Shown: positions 27,846 to 36,809 of the stretch, piece after piece
Numbering within the stretch: the first letter of the stretch is position 1
How the letters are laid out: each line of letters opens with the position of its first letter
Virus record (IMG/VR): IMGVR_UViG_3300043570_002257
Location: 1-64,000 of that record
Direction: 5' to 3' (one strand)
Source: a virus
DNA: 64,000 nucleotides
The notes under the pieces: generated by a model
The model's input: only the letters and a program-made list of their open reading frames with translations
Told to the model about the DNA's origin: nothing
Database searches by the model: none
Translations under genes and position numbers: made by a program

Positions 27846-28062
27846 CGCGATTTGGCTCATTACCAAATAGTATGTCCAATATGATGAGAAGTGAGGTGAT
27901 TCCTCATGTGGAACTTCTGATAGGGAAAGGCTCTATTTAGATTGACTATCTGCGGAAAATATCAAAGAGAAGTAAAGAATAACGTACTCTCATAAGTCTA
28001 TTCCTAACCTAGCAATAGGGACAGCCATAACACTTGTAGTTGGATAAAATAGAGTGTTATAT

Positions 28063-28143
28063 AGTCAGGTATTGCGTAATGTGAAAGAGGTGATCACATC
28101 CTTAATGGTTGCAACGTCACAGGTTCGAATCCTGTCCTGACTA
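28063..28143 (+). ncRNA. 81-nt tRNA-like element with a non-canonical core (no anticodon arm)
   Basis: Acceptor AGTCAGG/CCTGACT-A, T arm ACAGG-TTCGAAT-CCTGT, TTGC/GCAA stem enclosing an ATGTGA/TCACAT hairpin. Confidence 0.7.
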
Positions 28144-28149
28144 CATATT

Positions 28150-28320
28150 TTGTGCTGAAGGAGTAATCATGTTGGTAAGTCAAAGCAGTTTATTAGAGTG
28201 AACTGCTTGCTTTTAAATTCATACACACATACTCAAATAAGAAGTATGTTGTGAAGTGAAGCCAGTATGGTTACAAAAAGACTTTGTTTCAGGTAATAAA
28301 AAGCTCCCTTGGGAACAAAG
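28150..28320 (+). ncRNA. Candidate multi-stem structured ncRNA
   Basis: Nested pairings 28160-64/28303-07, 28177-81/28280-84, 28183-92/28199-208, 28218-23/28250-55 and 28227-33/28243-49; no ORF in the track. Confidence 0.45.
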
Positions 28321-28416
28321 CAAAAAACAATCAGGTTCTGACAAGATAGATAAAACGTTATCTTCAAGGTCCCTGTATTAATATTTAAATTATTGTTTCA
28401 CATAAATTCTCAGAAA

Positions 28417-28968
28417 ATGATTTACAAATTCAACAAAGATTCCCTCAAGTATGAAGGTGTGTTTCTTAAACTAAGTCTCTTCATTGTGCTTGCAATTGTG
28501 TTTGCATCATTAACATCTTATGTCGTTGGACATTATAGAGGTTATTATGATTATGAACATGCCGTTGTAACACCAGAAGAACGCATGATGGTTATTCAAG
28601 AGAATGACAAATTCTCAAAAGAAAAGTTTAAAGAGTATCTCTTACAACTGAACATTAAGTTTCCTCACATAGTATATGCTCAAGCAATACTTGAAACAGG
28701 TAACTTTAATTCAAAAATCTTTACTCTTAACCACAACCTATTTGGTATGAAGCAAGCACGTGTTCGTGCTACTACAAACCTTGGAAGTGAATTAGGTCAT
28801 GCTATGTATGGTCATTGGCGTGAAAGCGTTGTTGATTATGCTTTGTTTCAATGTGCCTTCCTAACAAGTATAAAAACTGAAGAAGGTTATTATCAATACT
28901 TAAAAGAAAATTATGCAGAAGCTCCAAATTATGTCACAAAAGTTAGAGAACTCTCTCAGAACTTTTAG
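28417..28968 (+). CDS. GH73 glucosaminidase (peptidoglycan hydrolase) with N-terminal TM anchor
   Basis: VYAQAILETGNF..HNLFGMK..WRESVVDY..YAEAPNY; hydrophobic LSLFIVLAIVFASL; likely start is the ATG at 28417. Confidence 0.8.
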   Translation: MIYKFNKDSLKYEGVFLKLSLFIVLAIVFASLTSYVVGHYRGYYDYEHAVVTPEERMMVIQENDKFSKEKFKEYLLQLNIKFPHIVYAQAILETGNFNSKIFTLNHNLFGMKQARVRATTNLGSELGHAMYGHWRESVVDYALFQCAFLTSIKTEEGYYQYLKENYAEAPNYVTKVRELSQNF

Positions 28969-29210
28969 TAATGGTGTATCAGAATTTATCAAATCTGTTA
29001 AAGAAATTGATACTCCACCAAAAACAAGGTATGAAATTCTTGTTTTAAACAGACAATCTCGCAATTGTAGAAGACAAAGTTTCTTTCAAATGAAAGATGC
29101 AATGTCATCTGTACATCCTGAGTATTTGTTTGACACAGAGAATGAATACTTTCTGATCAACACCTGTACCCCAGAACAAAAATGTATTAAGCTAAACAAA
29201 TTAGATACAC

Positions 29211-29390
29211 ATGGGAAAAATGAAAGAAGTATTCATGCTAATGCGTGAAGAAGAATCAATTCAAAACAAACATCTTGACGATGCTTATTGGTATGATAAA
29301 TACCTAAAAGAACAAGAACAAATTCAAAAACCAGTTGTACAAGATTCTGTACAGGATTCTGTACAACAAAAACCAAAAGAACAATGCTAG
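29211..29390 (+). CDS. 59-aa small ORF not in the track
   Basis: MGKMKEVFMLMREEESIQNKHLDDAYWYDKY...; fills the gap between neighbouring ORFs. Confidence 0.55.
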   Translation: MGKMKEVFMLMREEESIQNKHLDDAYWYDKYLKEQEQIQKPVVQDSVQDSVQQKPKEQC

Positions 29391-29584
29391 CACTACAGAT
29401 TTATTTGTTATTCTCTTACTTAGGAGGAACAATTTTTTCAATTATGACATTATCTCAAGCACGTATGTTAACTGTTGCTGACATTTTAATGTTACTATTG
29501 TCTCCATTTGCAATTATGCCTATTATATTGGTTCAAATCATATCTCAATGCGTAGATATAGATACACCAGTAATTAAACTTTAA
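29384..29584 (+). CDS. Small membrane protein
   Basis: Two hydrophobic segments; followed by a terminator hairpin at 29604-29633. Confidence 0.6.
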   Translation: MLALQIYLLFSYLGGTIFSIMTLSQARMLTVADILMLLLSPFAIMPIILVQIISQCVDIDTPVIKL

Positions 29585-29683
29585 ACATTTAACTTTAACT
29601 TATAGGACTTGTAGAAATACAGGTCCTTTTTTTCTGACAATCATATCACTTAACTGTGATGGTATCCATTATTTACTCTAAAA

Positions 29684-30223
29684 ATGACAAAAATGAAGAA
29701 TCAAATTACAGCTACGGCACAAGGTCTATTGACCTATGACAACAACGGTAAACCTCAACTTGAGCGTTACACTCACAAATTTCAATCTAAATCAGATTAC
29801 AAACCAAAGCACATTCAACAAACAAGTGTTGATTTAGAAAAAATTCATTTGAACATGGTTCAACGCCAAATGTTCAGAAGATTAATGTATGGATTGAAAG
29901 AGTATACGCCAGAACAAATGGCAACGTTGTCACCTTCTGCAATCAGCAAAATTGTTGAAGACTACAAAAAAGCTAAAAGAGCTTTGCACATTATGAAAGC
30001 TAAAAAGTATTATTACGCTGAAACAAAGCTAATGAATGCTATTTTTCCAACATTTGATTTAGGTTCAAAAGATCATGATTGGTTTTTAGAATTACCTAAA
30101 ACTGCAACTTTAAGAAGCCTTAGTATCTCTACAAAAGAAGTAATTCAAGAGTTTGTAAAACGCAAATTACTTCCTAAAAATTTCTTTAGTATTACAATGC
30201 AAAATGTTTCATTAAATGGCTAA
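29684..30223 (+). CDS. Hypothetical protein
   Basis: 179-aa ORF, overlapping translational coupling with the next gene. Confidence 0.7.
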   Translation: MTKMKNQITATAQGLLTYDNNGKPQLERYTHKFQSKSDYKPKHIQQTSVDLEKIHLNMVQRQMFRRLMYGLKEYTPEQMATLSPSAISKIVEDYKKAKRALHIMKAKKYYYAETKLMNAIFPTFDLGSKDHDWFLELPKTATLRSLSISTKEVIQEFVKRKLLPKNFFSITMQNVSLNG

Positions 30224-30539
30224 AGCAACACAAACAGATGAGTCCATCAAGTATGGTGGACTCTCTAACGCTGAAATCATGCTTGTTTACCATCGTTTTA
30301 AAATGTACGTAGACAAACTTGATGAAAACTTAAACAAGAATCAAATCACAAAGACAGTAAAGACTCCAATGGGTGAAGGCACAGCAGTTATACAAGTTTC
30401 TGATGAGCATATTGCCAAATTTAAAGCTACAGAATATTACATTCTAGCAAAATCTGTAGTCAAAAAGCTGGGACCAATTGTTGAACTGTTAGAAAGTTGT
30501 GATGACACTTTTAAACAGTTATCAAATGAACTACGGTAG
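30216..30539 (+). CDS. Hypothetical protein
   Basis: 107-aa ORF in an operon. Confidence 0.65.
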   Translation: MAKATQTDESIKYGGLSNAEIMLVYHRFKMYVDKLDENLNKNQITKTVKTPMGEGTAVIQVSDEHIAKFKATEYYILAKSVVKKLGPIVELLESCDDTFKQLSNELR

Positions 30540-30801
30540 AGTAAACAATGTTGTGTCCTATTCTGAGTTAATTTCTTTAGAAGCTAAAGGGCTATATGCA
30601 ATTGTTTGTTCTTTATGTGGTAACAAAGATTACTGTTATCCTGCAATTTCAACTTTATGTAAGATGTCTGGTAAAAGTAAATCTACCATACAAAGACTTC
30701 TTAAAGAATTAGTTCAAACGGGTGTTATACAAAGGTTGTATGACCCAACTCAAAGGAAAACCATCACCTACAATCTGATGGATAAAAGTAAAAAATCTTA
30801 A
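30526..30801 (+). CDS. Winged HTH protein (phage replication-initiator N-terminal-like)
   Basis: ISLEAKGLYAIVCSLCG..CYPAISTLCKMSGKSKSTIQRLLKELVQTGVIQR; likely start MNYGRV at 30526. Confidence 0.7.
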   Translation: MNYGRVNNVVSYSELISLEAKGLYAIVCSLCGNKDYCYPAISTLCKMSGKSKSTIQRLLKELVQTGVIQRLYDPTQRKTITYNLMDKSKKS

Positions 30802-30812
30802 ATTTATAAATC

Positions 30813-31256
30813 ATGTCAAAAAAATCATTTTTATCACAAATTCAAGAAATTGAAAACAAAGAATTAGAATACAACGACCATGTGTTGATTTGTATTGAAG
30901 CAGATGACAACGGTATTCCTTTAGGAAGTGCTGTAAAAATTAAAGGTACTCCTTTTCAAACATTAGGAATGCTTGATCTTGCAATAAGAAAACTTGAAGA
31001 AGCTCGTGAGTCTATTCATGAAAAATTTCAAAATGTTGAAAGTGCATCACGTGCATTGGATAGCATGCCAAAAGAAATTGTTGACAAAATCAGAAGATTT
31101 GAAGAAGAAGCACGTCAAGCATTGAAAGATGGTGACATTTCTAAATTAGAGGAACTTAAAGACAAAGTCAGAAATGAACTTGGAATTACAGACAATGAAG
31201 ATGACAGCTCAAGTCCAGATGATTTCAATATTGATGACTTTAAAGGAAGATTTTAA
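30813..31256 (+). CDS. Hypothetical acidic/coiled-coil protein
   Basis: 147-aa ORF. Confidence 0.7.
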   Translation: MSKKSFLSQIQEIENKELEYNDHVLICIEADDNGIPLGSAVKIKGTPFQTLGMLDLAIRKLEEARESIHEKFQNVESASRALDSMPKEIVDKIRRFEEEARQALKDGDISKLEELKDKVRNELGITDNEDDSSSPDDFNIDDFKGRF

Positions 31257-31265
31257 AGAGTGACG

Positions 31266-31369
31266 AGTGTCATGGGTGACACCCATGAAATTTCTTCCCT
31301 TTCTCTTTATATTCTTCTCTTTACTTACTATTCACTGGTGAATACCATCAAGTGTCACCAGTGAATACC
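31266..31369. repeat. Cluster of related palindromes/inverted repeats
   Basis: TCATGGGT-gac-ACCCATGA (31270-88); 13-bp IR TATTCACTGGTGA/TCACCAGTGAATA (31329-41/31355-67). Confidence 0.75.
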
Positions 31370-31409
31370 TTTACATTAAAAAACCCTTTAAAAATAACAC
31401 TTTTCAATC

Positions 31410-31985
31410 ATGGGAGTAGACATTTATGGAATCAGTCCAAAGTTGACTGAAACTAAACCAGAAGTACCAGATAATTATGAAGAATTATCTCAAGAACAAG
31501 TCCAAGCTTATTGGAAAATGCGTGAAGAATGGGAGCAATCCAATCCAGGTTTCTACTTTAGAAACAATTGGTGGCACTGGCGTCCATTGCAAATGCTAAT
31601 TTCAGTATTTAATGAAACAGAAGAACTTCTTATACCAGAAGAAAACCTAAAGCAATTAGGTGAAAATAGTGGTGGAGGAATTGATGACAAAGGTACATGT
31701 GAACAATTAGCAAAATGCTTTAAAGATTATGCTGCGCACATGAAATCAAAAGACATTAATGCTGTCTACTTAAATACAGGTTGGTGGAATGTAAAAGATT
31801 CAAATACCTTCTCTTTAAAAGATGAAGCAATTATTGAGGCATTAAATGCTAAGTACCCAGGTATTTTCTTTGAACAAGCTGAACTAGATGGTGTACTCTA
31901 TGAGCCATCACACGCAACAAATATTGACAATATAGAAGAATTTGCAATCTTCTTAGAAAACTGTAATGGTTTTCAAATCTACTAA
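31410..31985 (+). CDS. Hypothetical phage protein
   Basis: MGVDIYG..YFRNNWWHWRPL..EEFAIFLENCNGFQIY. Confidence 0.75.
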   Translation: MGVDIYGISPKLTETKPEVPDNYEELSQEQVQAYWKMREEWEQSNPGFYFRNNWWHWRPLQMLISVFNETEELLIPEENLKQLGENSGGGIDDKGTCEQLAKCFKDYAAHMKSKDINAVYLNTGWWNVKDSNTFSLKDEAIIEALNAKYPGIFFEQAELDGVLYEPSHATNIDNIEEFAIFLENCNGFQIY

Positions 31986-32009
31986 TTCACAAAATAAAAC
32001 TTAAAAGAA

Positions 32010-33296
32010 ATGATCTTATTACAATCAATTATCGAAGGCACAAGTTACCAAGTTAAAACTCTACCTAAACAATCTTTTGAAAAAACTTTGACACGTCACA
32101 TTTGTGACTTCAAAATTACTTCTCCAATTGCAGAGTTTGCAAAATATCCATTAGGAACAATATTCATCACAGATGGATATGATTTTCCAGAAGATGACCA
32201 TTTACACATTCGTAAAGAGAATGTTGTTGCTATGTTTTATGATAGCACAGTTTTTCCATTAGCACATTTAGAAAAAACTCGTTTGCAAGAAATGGCTGAA
32301 TTTACTGTTAATTATATGATTGACAGTGAGTTCTATGGTATTGAAAAAGCAAAAGCAATGGCAGAACAATTTGCATCTTATGGTTATGAATATGACTGGG
32401 ATACAATGATAGCTCCAAAACCTACAACAATAGGTGAATTACCTTCTGGTACAAATCTTAAACGTACTATTGCAGCAAACTACCCTGTACCTTCTGTTAA
32501 TGATTGTGGTTTCCACATTGATCCAGATATGTGGTTCTTGCTTGTGAGAAATGTACTCAGAGGAGAAAACACTTTGTTAGTAGGACCAACAGGTTCTGGT
32601 AAAACAGAAATTGTATCTCACCTTGCACTTGCAATGGAAAAACACATGTACATTCAAGACATGGGAACTGTTCAAGATGCTCAATCAGCATTACTTGGTG
32701 TTCACCGTTTGAATAAAGAAGGTCACTCATCTTTTGAGTTTGCACCTTTTGTACATAACATTCAAGCAGGTGGTATCATGTTGTTAGATGAGTTGAATCG
32801 TTCACCTCTTGCTGCAAATAATATCTTGTTTCCATGTTTGGACAAAAGACGTTACTTGCCAGTAGATATTGCATGTGAAGATTGTGATCGTAGAATTGCT
32901 GTTAATGAGAACACTGTGTTCTTTGCAACTGCAAACCTTGGTTCTGAGTATTCAGGTACACATTCTATTGACCGTGCATTACTAGACAGATTCTTTCCTA
33001 TAGAACTTGATTACCCAATGGAAAAAGATGAGGTAAACATTATCAAATTACGCACTGGTATTGATGAAAAGTTTGCAACTGCAATTGTACGTGTATCTAA
33101 TGAGATACGCAAGCAATACAAAGAGCAAGAACTTTCAACTGCAGTTTCTGTTCGTCACACACTTCAAGCTGCAAGTCTTATTGCAGATGGTTTTGATGTA
33201 GACAAAGCATTACTTGCTACAATCATGCCTTTGTTTGAAGATGGTATTGGTGTTTCAGAACGTTCTAAAGTACTTTCTATTGTATCTGCATTTTAA
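32010..33296 (+). CDS. MoxR/CbbQ-NirQ-NorQ-type AAA+ ATPase
   Basis: Walker A GPTGSGKT, Walker B MLLDELNR, FFATAN, DRALLDRF, SVR sensor. Confidence 0.9.
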   Translation: MILLQSIIEGTSYQVKTLPKQSFEKTLTRHICDFKITSPIAEFAKYPLGTIFITDGYDFPEDDHLHIRKENVVAMFYDSTVFPLAHLEKTRLQEMAEFTVNYMIDSEFYGIEKAKAMAEQFASYGYEYDWDTMIAPKPTTIGELPSGTNLKRTIAANYPVPSVNDCGFHIDPDMWFLLVRNVLRGENTLLVGPTGSGKTEIVSHLALAMEKHMYIQDMGTVQDAQSALLGVHRLNKEGHSSFEFAPFVHNIQAGGIMLLDELNRSPLAANNILFPCLDKRRYLPVDIACEDCDRRIAVNENTVFFATANLGSEYSGTHSIDRALLDRFFPIELDYPMEKDEVNIIKLRTGIDEKFATAIVRVSNEIRKQYKEQELSTAVSVRHTLQAASLIADGFDVDKALLATIMPLFEDGIGVSERSKVLSIVSAF

Positions 33297-33351
33297 GTTA
33301 AACAAAAATATAAAGAGGGATGAAATACTCCCTCTTTTTAAATAAATTCTC

Positions 33352-35229
33352 ATGAGCAAATTAATAAAAGATTGGTTTAACAGAAGAGCTGAAGACGCGT
33401 ACACATTCAATGATGAATCAAAACGTTTCTTCAACTGGGATAAAGATAGGAGTTCATACTCTTCATACTTTATCAGAAATGACGACTCACTAAAGGAAGC
33501 TTCTAAGATGATTGGCTCTATGTTTAGAGTGATTGGTGTACCTAAAACATTTAAGTACTCTAATGACATCCAAACAGGTAAAAGAGGCTATCGTGATGCT
33601 AAGGTTCAAGTACCTTTAAGCATGTTAAGAGATGAAGAAGGAAATTATCTTGACAGAGATGAAAAACTATTAGACGCTTTTTATGGTGCTGCTATTCAAA
33701 ATGCTGCTCTTGCAACTATGCAAACAACAAAAGAATATGAGAAAACCATGTTAATGCGTGATACTTCAAGTGGAGTAAGTGTAAAAGACTTGCTTGCAAG
33801 TGTACTAAACACAGAACGTATTGACAAAAAACTTGCAGACCGTCTTCCTGGTTATTTAAAGTTTGTTCAAAAATACAAAGAACATAGATTTGAAAACTAT
33901 GAAGGCCCTGGTGTAGAAGCACCAAAACAAAAACGCTTACTTGATCTTGTGGTAAAGATGTTACGCTATCCAGCTAACATTTCTGAAGAAGACATGGAAG
34001 ATTTTGGTGAACCTCTAAAAGCAATGGAGCGTATTCTTAAAAAACATGGTGGTATACCAAGTGACTTTGATAGTTGTGGCAGTATGGCAACAAGTTTGTC
34101 AAACATTGTATACAAATACACTGAAAAAGAAGAAGAACCTCCTGCAGGTGGTGGATCTGGTGAAGATGAATCTGATGATGGTGAATCTGAAGGTACAGGC
34201 ACTCCTACAAAAGCAACTCCTGAAATGAGTAAGGGAGAACTTAACGATTTTGCCAAAGAAATGATGGGTGCGTTAATTAATCCTGAAGAAGGTCCTTCTG
34301 GTAGTGATGACTTTAAGAATGAGTTTGAAGAATTTGTAGATGATATGTCTGAAACAACTCCAACTCCTCCAAGTTCTGATATTAACTGGGATGATGAAGG
34401 TGAAACCTCTCAAGGAAAACTTAACTGGAAAAAAGCTGTAGTAAATGAACATTCTAAAATTAGATACAGAAATGCTATAACAAAAATTGACACAACAAAA
34501 GCTGCTGTGTTACAAAAGTTGTTTGCTCGCAAGAGTAAAAACTATGAATTTAGCATGAAGTCTATGCGTTCAGGACGTTTGGATACAAATAAAATTGCAG
34601 AAGCTGCTCAACAAGTTCCTACTATATATGAAAGATTTGGTCAAGTAACAACAAGCAAAGTTTGCGTTGGTGTTCTTATTGATGAATCTGGATCTATGGG
34701 AGGTACTAAAATAGAAAAAGCAAGAGAAGCTGCAATTTTTATTAATGAAGTATTCAAGAAAATGCCTGATGTAGAACTATTTATTTATGGTCACACTGCA
34801 GATTTAAAAAGTGGAGAGTCTGTTGACATGACAGTGTATCGTGAGAAAGGATTCATCACTGATTCATTTTCTCTTGGTTCTGTTATACAACAAGCTAATA
34901 ATAGAGATGGTGATGCTATATTTGCAACAGCAAAACGTATGCGTAGTCAAACAGAAAATCAAGGATTACTTATTGTAATATCAGATGGTGCTCCAAGTGC
35001 TGTGGGTTATGGAGGACGTAGTGCAATTGAAGATACACGTAAAAAAGTTACGCGTGCTCAATCATTAGGTTTTCAAGTAATTCAGATTGCAATTGAAGAA
35101 CATGTTCCTTCTAAAGAGATGTTTGATTACTATATTCAAATGACAGATATTAGAAATCTTCCAAAAGATTTAGTAAATTACATGTCTAAGAAAGTAGATA
35201 AGCTTATCAAAGAAAAGATTACTATTTAA
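33352..35229 (+). CDS. vWA-domain protein (CobT/NorD/CbbO-like partner of the AAA+)
   Basis: SGRLD, MIDAS VLIDESGSM, NRDG, VISDGAP; acidic linker. Confidence 0.85.
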   Translation: MSKLIKDWFNRRAEDAYTFNDESKRFFNWDKDRSSYSSYFIRNDDSLKEASKMIGSMFRVIGVPKTFKYSNDIQTGKRGYRDAKVQVPLSMLRDEEGNYLDRDEKLLDAFYGAAIQNAALATMQTTKEYEKTMLMRDTSSGVSVKDLLASVLNTERIDKKLADRLPGYLKFVQKYKEHRFENYEGPGVEAPKQKRLLDLVVKMLRYPANISEEDMEDFGEPLKAMERILKKHGGIPSDFDSCGSMATSLSNIVYKYTEKEEEPPAGGGSGEDESDDGESEGTGTPTKATPEMSKGELNDFAKEMMGALINPEEGPSGSDDFKNEFEEFVDDMSETTPTPPSSDINWDDEGETSQGKLNWKKAVVNEHSKIRYRNAITKIDTTKAAVLQKLFARKSKNYEFSMKSMRSGRLDTNKIAEAAQQVPTIYERFGQVTTSKVCVGVLIDESGSMGGTKIEKAREAAIFINEVFKKMPDVELFIYGHTADLKSGESVDMTVYREKGFITDSFSLGSVIQQANNRDGDAIFATAKRMRSQTENQGLLIVISDGAPSAVGYGGRSAIEDTRKKVTRAQSLGFQVIQIAIEEHVPSKEMFDYYIQMTDIRNLPKDLVNYMSKKVDKLIKEKITI

Positions 35230-35651
35230 CATTATTCCAGGTGGTAGAAATATCACCTGGATTTACTTAACTTAAAATCATGGCAAAGTCAAAAAAAGAA
35301 GAATCATCAGAAGTTGAGTACACAGTTGGACAAATTGTAAGGCACACTAAGTTTGGTAAAGGAGAAGTACTAAATGTTACAGCAGATGAATCTATCAAGG
35401 TACAATTTGGTAGACGTCAAGTAACACTATTGTTAAAGTACAATAAAACCACATTGTCATTTTAAAACCAATAAGTAAAAATGATAGAAGCCAATGACAA
35501 TCAAGGTTTTATGAGCATAAAAGTCCAGTTTTTTAAGGAATAAACTGGACAAAGTGCATGAAACGTTACTAAAAATTTATACAAACATTTAACAAGCACC
35601 AATAAAACATTTAACAAAACCTTTCGGTGGTAGGTAAACCCAATTAAAACT

Positions 35652-36068
35652 ATGAAAACAGAAATCAAAATCACAGACTTAGAAAATGTTGAATTTCCTA
35701 TTATTATCAAGGATAAAAGAGGGAATATAATTTATAAACAATATGAAAATGGTGGTTGGTATAAATACACCTACGATAAAAATGGTAATGAATTAACCTT
35801 TAAAGATTCAAATGGTGATTGGTATGAATGTACATACAATGAAAATGGTAATGAATTAACCTTTAAAAATTCAGATGGTTTTTGGAGGGAATCTACTTAT
35901 GATGATGAAGGTAAAGAATTAACTTGTAAAAATTCATTGGGTTATTACAAAATTAAAGGCAAAGAGGTTACCAAAGAGGAATTTGAAGCTTTTGTAAATG
36001 GTACTACTGAATACACAATGGAAGAACTGGTTGCTAAACTTGGACACAACTTTAAAATTAAGAAGTAA
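35652..36068 (+). CDS. Protein with three (Y)TYDxNGNELTFKxSxG.W repeats
   Basis: About 21-aa internal repeats visible in the translation. Confidence 0.75.
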   Translation: MKTEIKITDLENVEFPIIIKDKRGNIIYKQYENGGWYKYTYDKNGNELTFKDSNGDWYECTYNENGNELTFKNSDGFWRESTYDDEGKELTCKNSLGYYKIKGKEVTKEEFEAFVNGTTEYTMEELVAKLGHNFKIKK

Positions 36069-36081
36069 TTAAACTAAAAAT

Positions 36082-36349
36082 CTTTAAACAACAAACAAAA
36101 TGACACCAAAAGAAAAAGCAAAAGAATTAGTTGATAAGTTTTATCAAAGATTTCCATTAAAAATGAATGTAATTACAAGAAAAGGAGATTTATCTTGGGA
36201 ATATGATAATTGGGAAGAAGCCAAACAATGTGCATTAATAGCAGTTGATGAAATAATAGAAGCAGGTAAAGATGTTGATGAATTTGCAAATGCATATTGG
36301 TATAAAGTTAAAGCAGAAATTGATAACCTTTAAACAACAAACAAAATGA
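36082..36349 (+). repeat. 22-bp exact direct repeat CTTTAAACAACAAACAAAATGA flanking a 77-aa gene
   Basis: Copies at 36082-36103 and 36328-36349, each containing the ATG of the next gene. Confidence 0.85.
36100..36333 (+). CDS. Small hypothetical protein (MTPKEKAKEL type)
   Basis: 77-aa ORF bounded by the direct repeats. Confidence 0.7.
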   Translation: MTPKEKAKELVDKFYQRFPLKMNVITRKGDLSWEYDNWEEAKQCALIAVDEIIEAGKDVDEFANAYWYKVKAEIDNL

Positions 36350-36570
36350 AAGAATTAGAAATTCAAGAGACAAAAGCAACTGAAATTGCAATACCAAATA
36401 AAATAACATTGTATTGTTGTGTTTACTTCAATGACAATGGTATATTGTTTGCCAATTCACCTACAGAAGATAAAAGATATCAAGAGCAATACGCATTTAG
36501 TATGGGTAAAAATGTAGGAACATTAAGTATTTATAAGTTTGAAGTAGATGCACCTAAAATTAATTCTTGA
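36346..36570 (+). CDS. Small hypothetical protein
   Basis: 74-aa ORF starting within the repeat. Confidence 0.65.
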   Translation: MKELEIQETKATEIAIPNKITLYCCVYFNDNGILFANSPTEDKRYQEQYAFSMGKNVGTLSIYKFEVDAPKINS

Positions 36571-36602
36571 ACAATACTACAACAAAACATTTGGAGGTAA
36601 AG

Positions 36603-36809
36603 ATGAGCAATAAACAAACAGCAGTAGAATGGATAGAAGATAAAATACAATCTGATATGACATTTATTGAAATTCTTGGGTTAATAAGACAAGCCAAAGA
36701 AATGCACAAACAAGAGGTAACTGATGCTTGGGAAGATGGACATGATTCTTTCTCAACAAGGAATGCAGAACAATATTACAAAGAAACATTTAATGTAGAA
36801 CCAACATGA
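36603..36809 (+). CDS. Small hypothetical protein (KQTAVEW...AEQYYKETF type)
   Basis: Likely start MSNKQTAVEW at 36603. Confidence 0.65.
   Translation: MSNKQTAVEWIEDKIQSDMTFIEILGLIRQAKEMHKQEVTDAWEDGHDSFSTRNAEQYYKETFNVEPT

Noticed and set aside
27880-27935. Hammerhead ribozyme (TGATGA / CTGATAG...GAAA-like words)
   Set aside because: I could not assemble CUGANGA-stem II-GAAA-stem III-UH with proper stems.
27793-28143. tmRNA, split or permuted tRNA, or Y RNA interpretation of the tRNA-like elements
   Set aside because: Each element closes its own acceptor stem. There is no G3-U70 alanine identity or tag ORF, and no Ro60/TROVE gene is in the window.
29335-29364. 12-bp tandem repeat TGTACAAGATTC/TGTACAGGATTC
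   Set aside because: It is a simple in-frame VQDS duplication within a small ORF.
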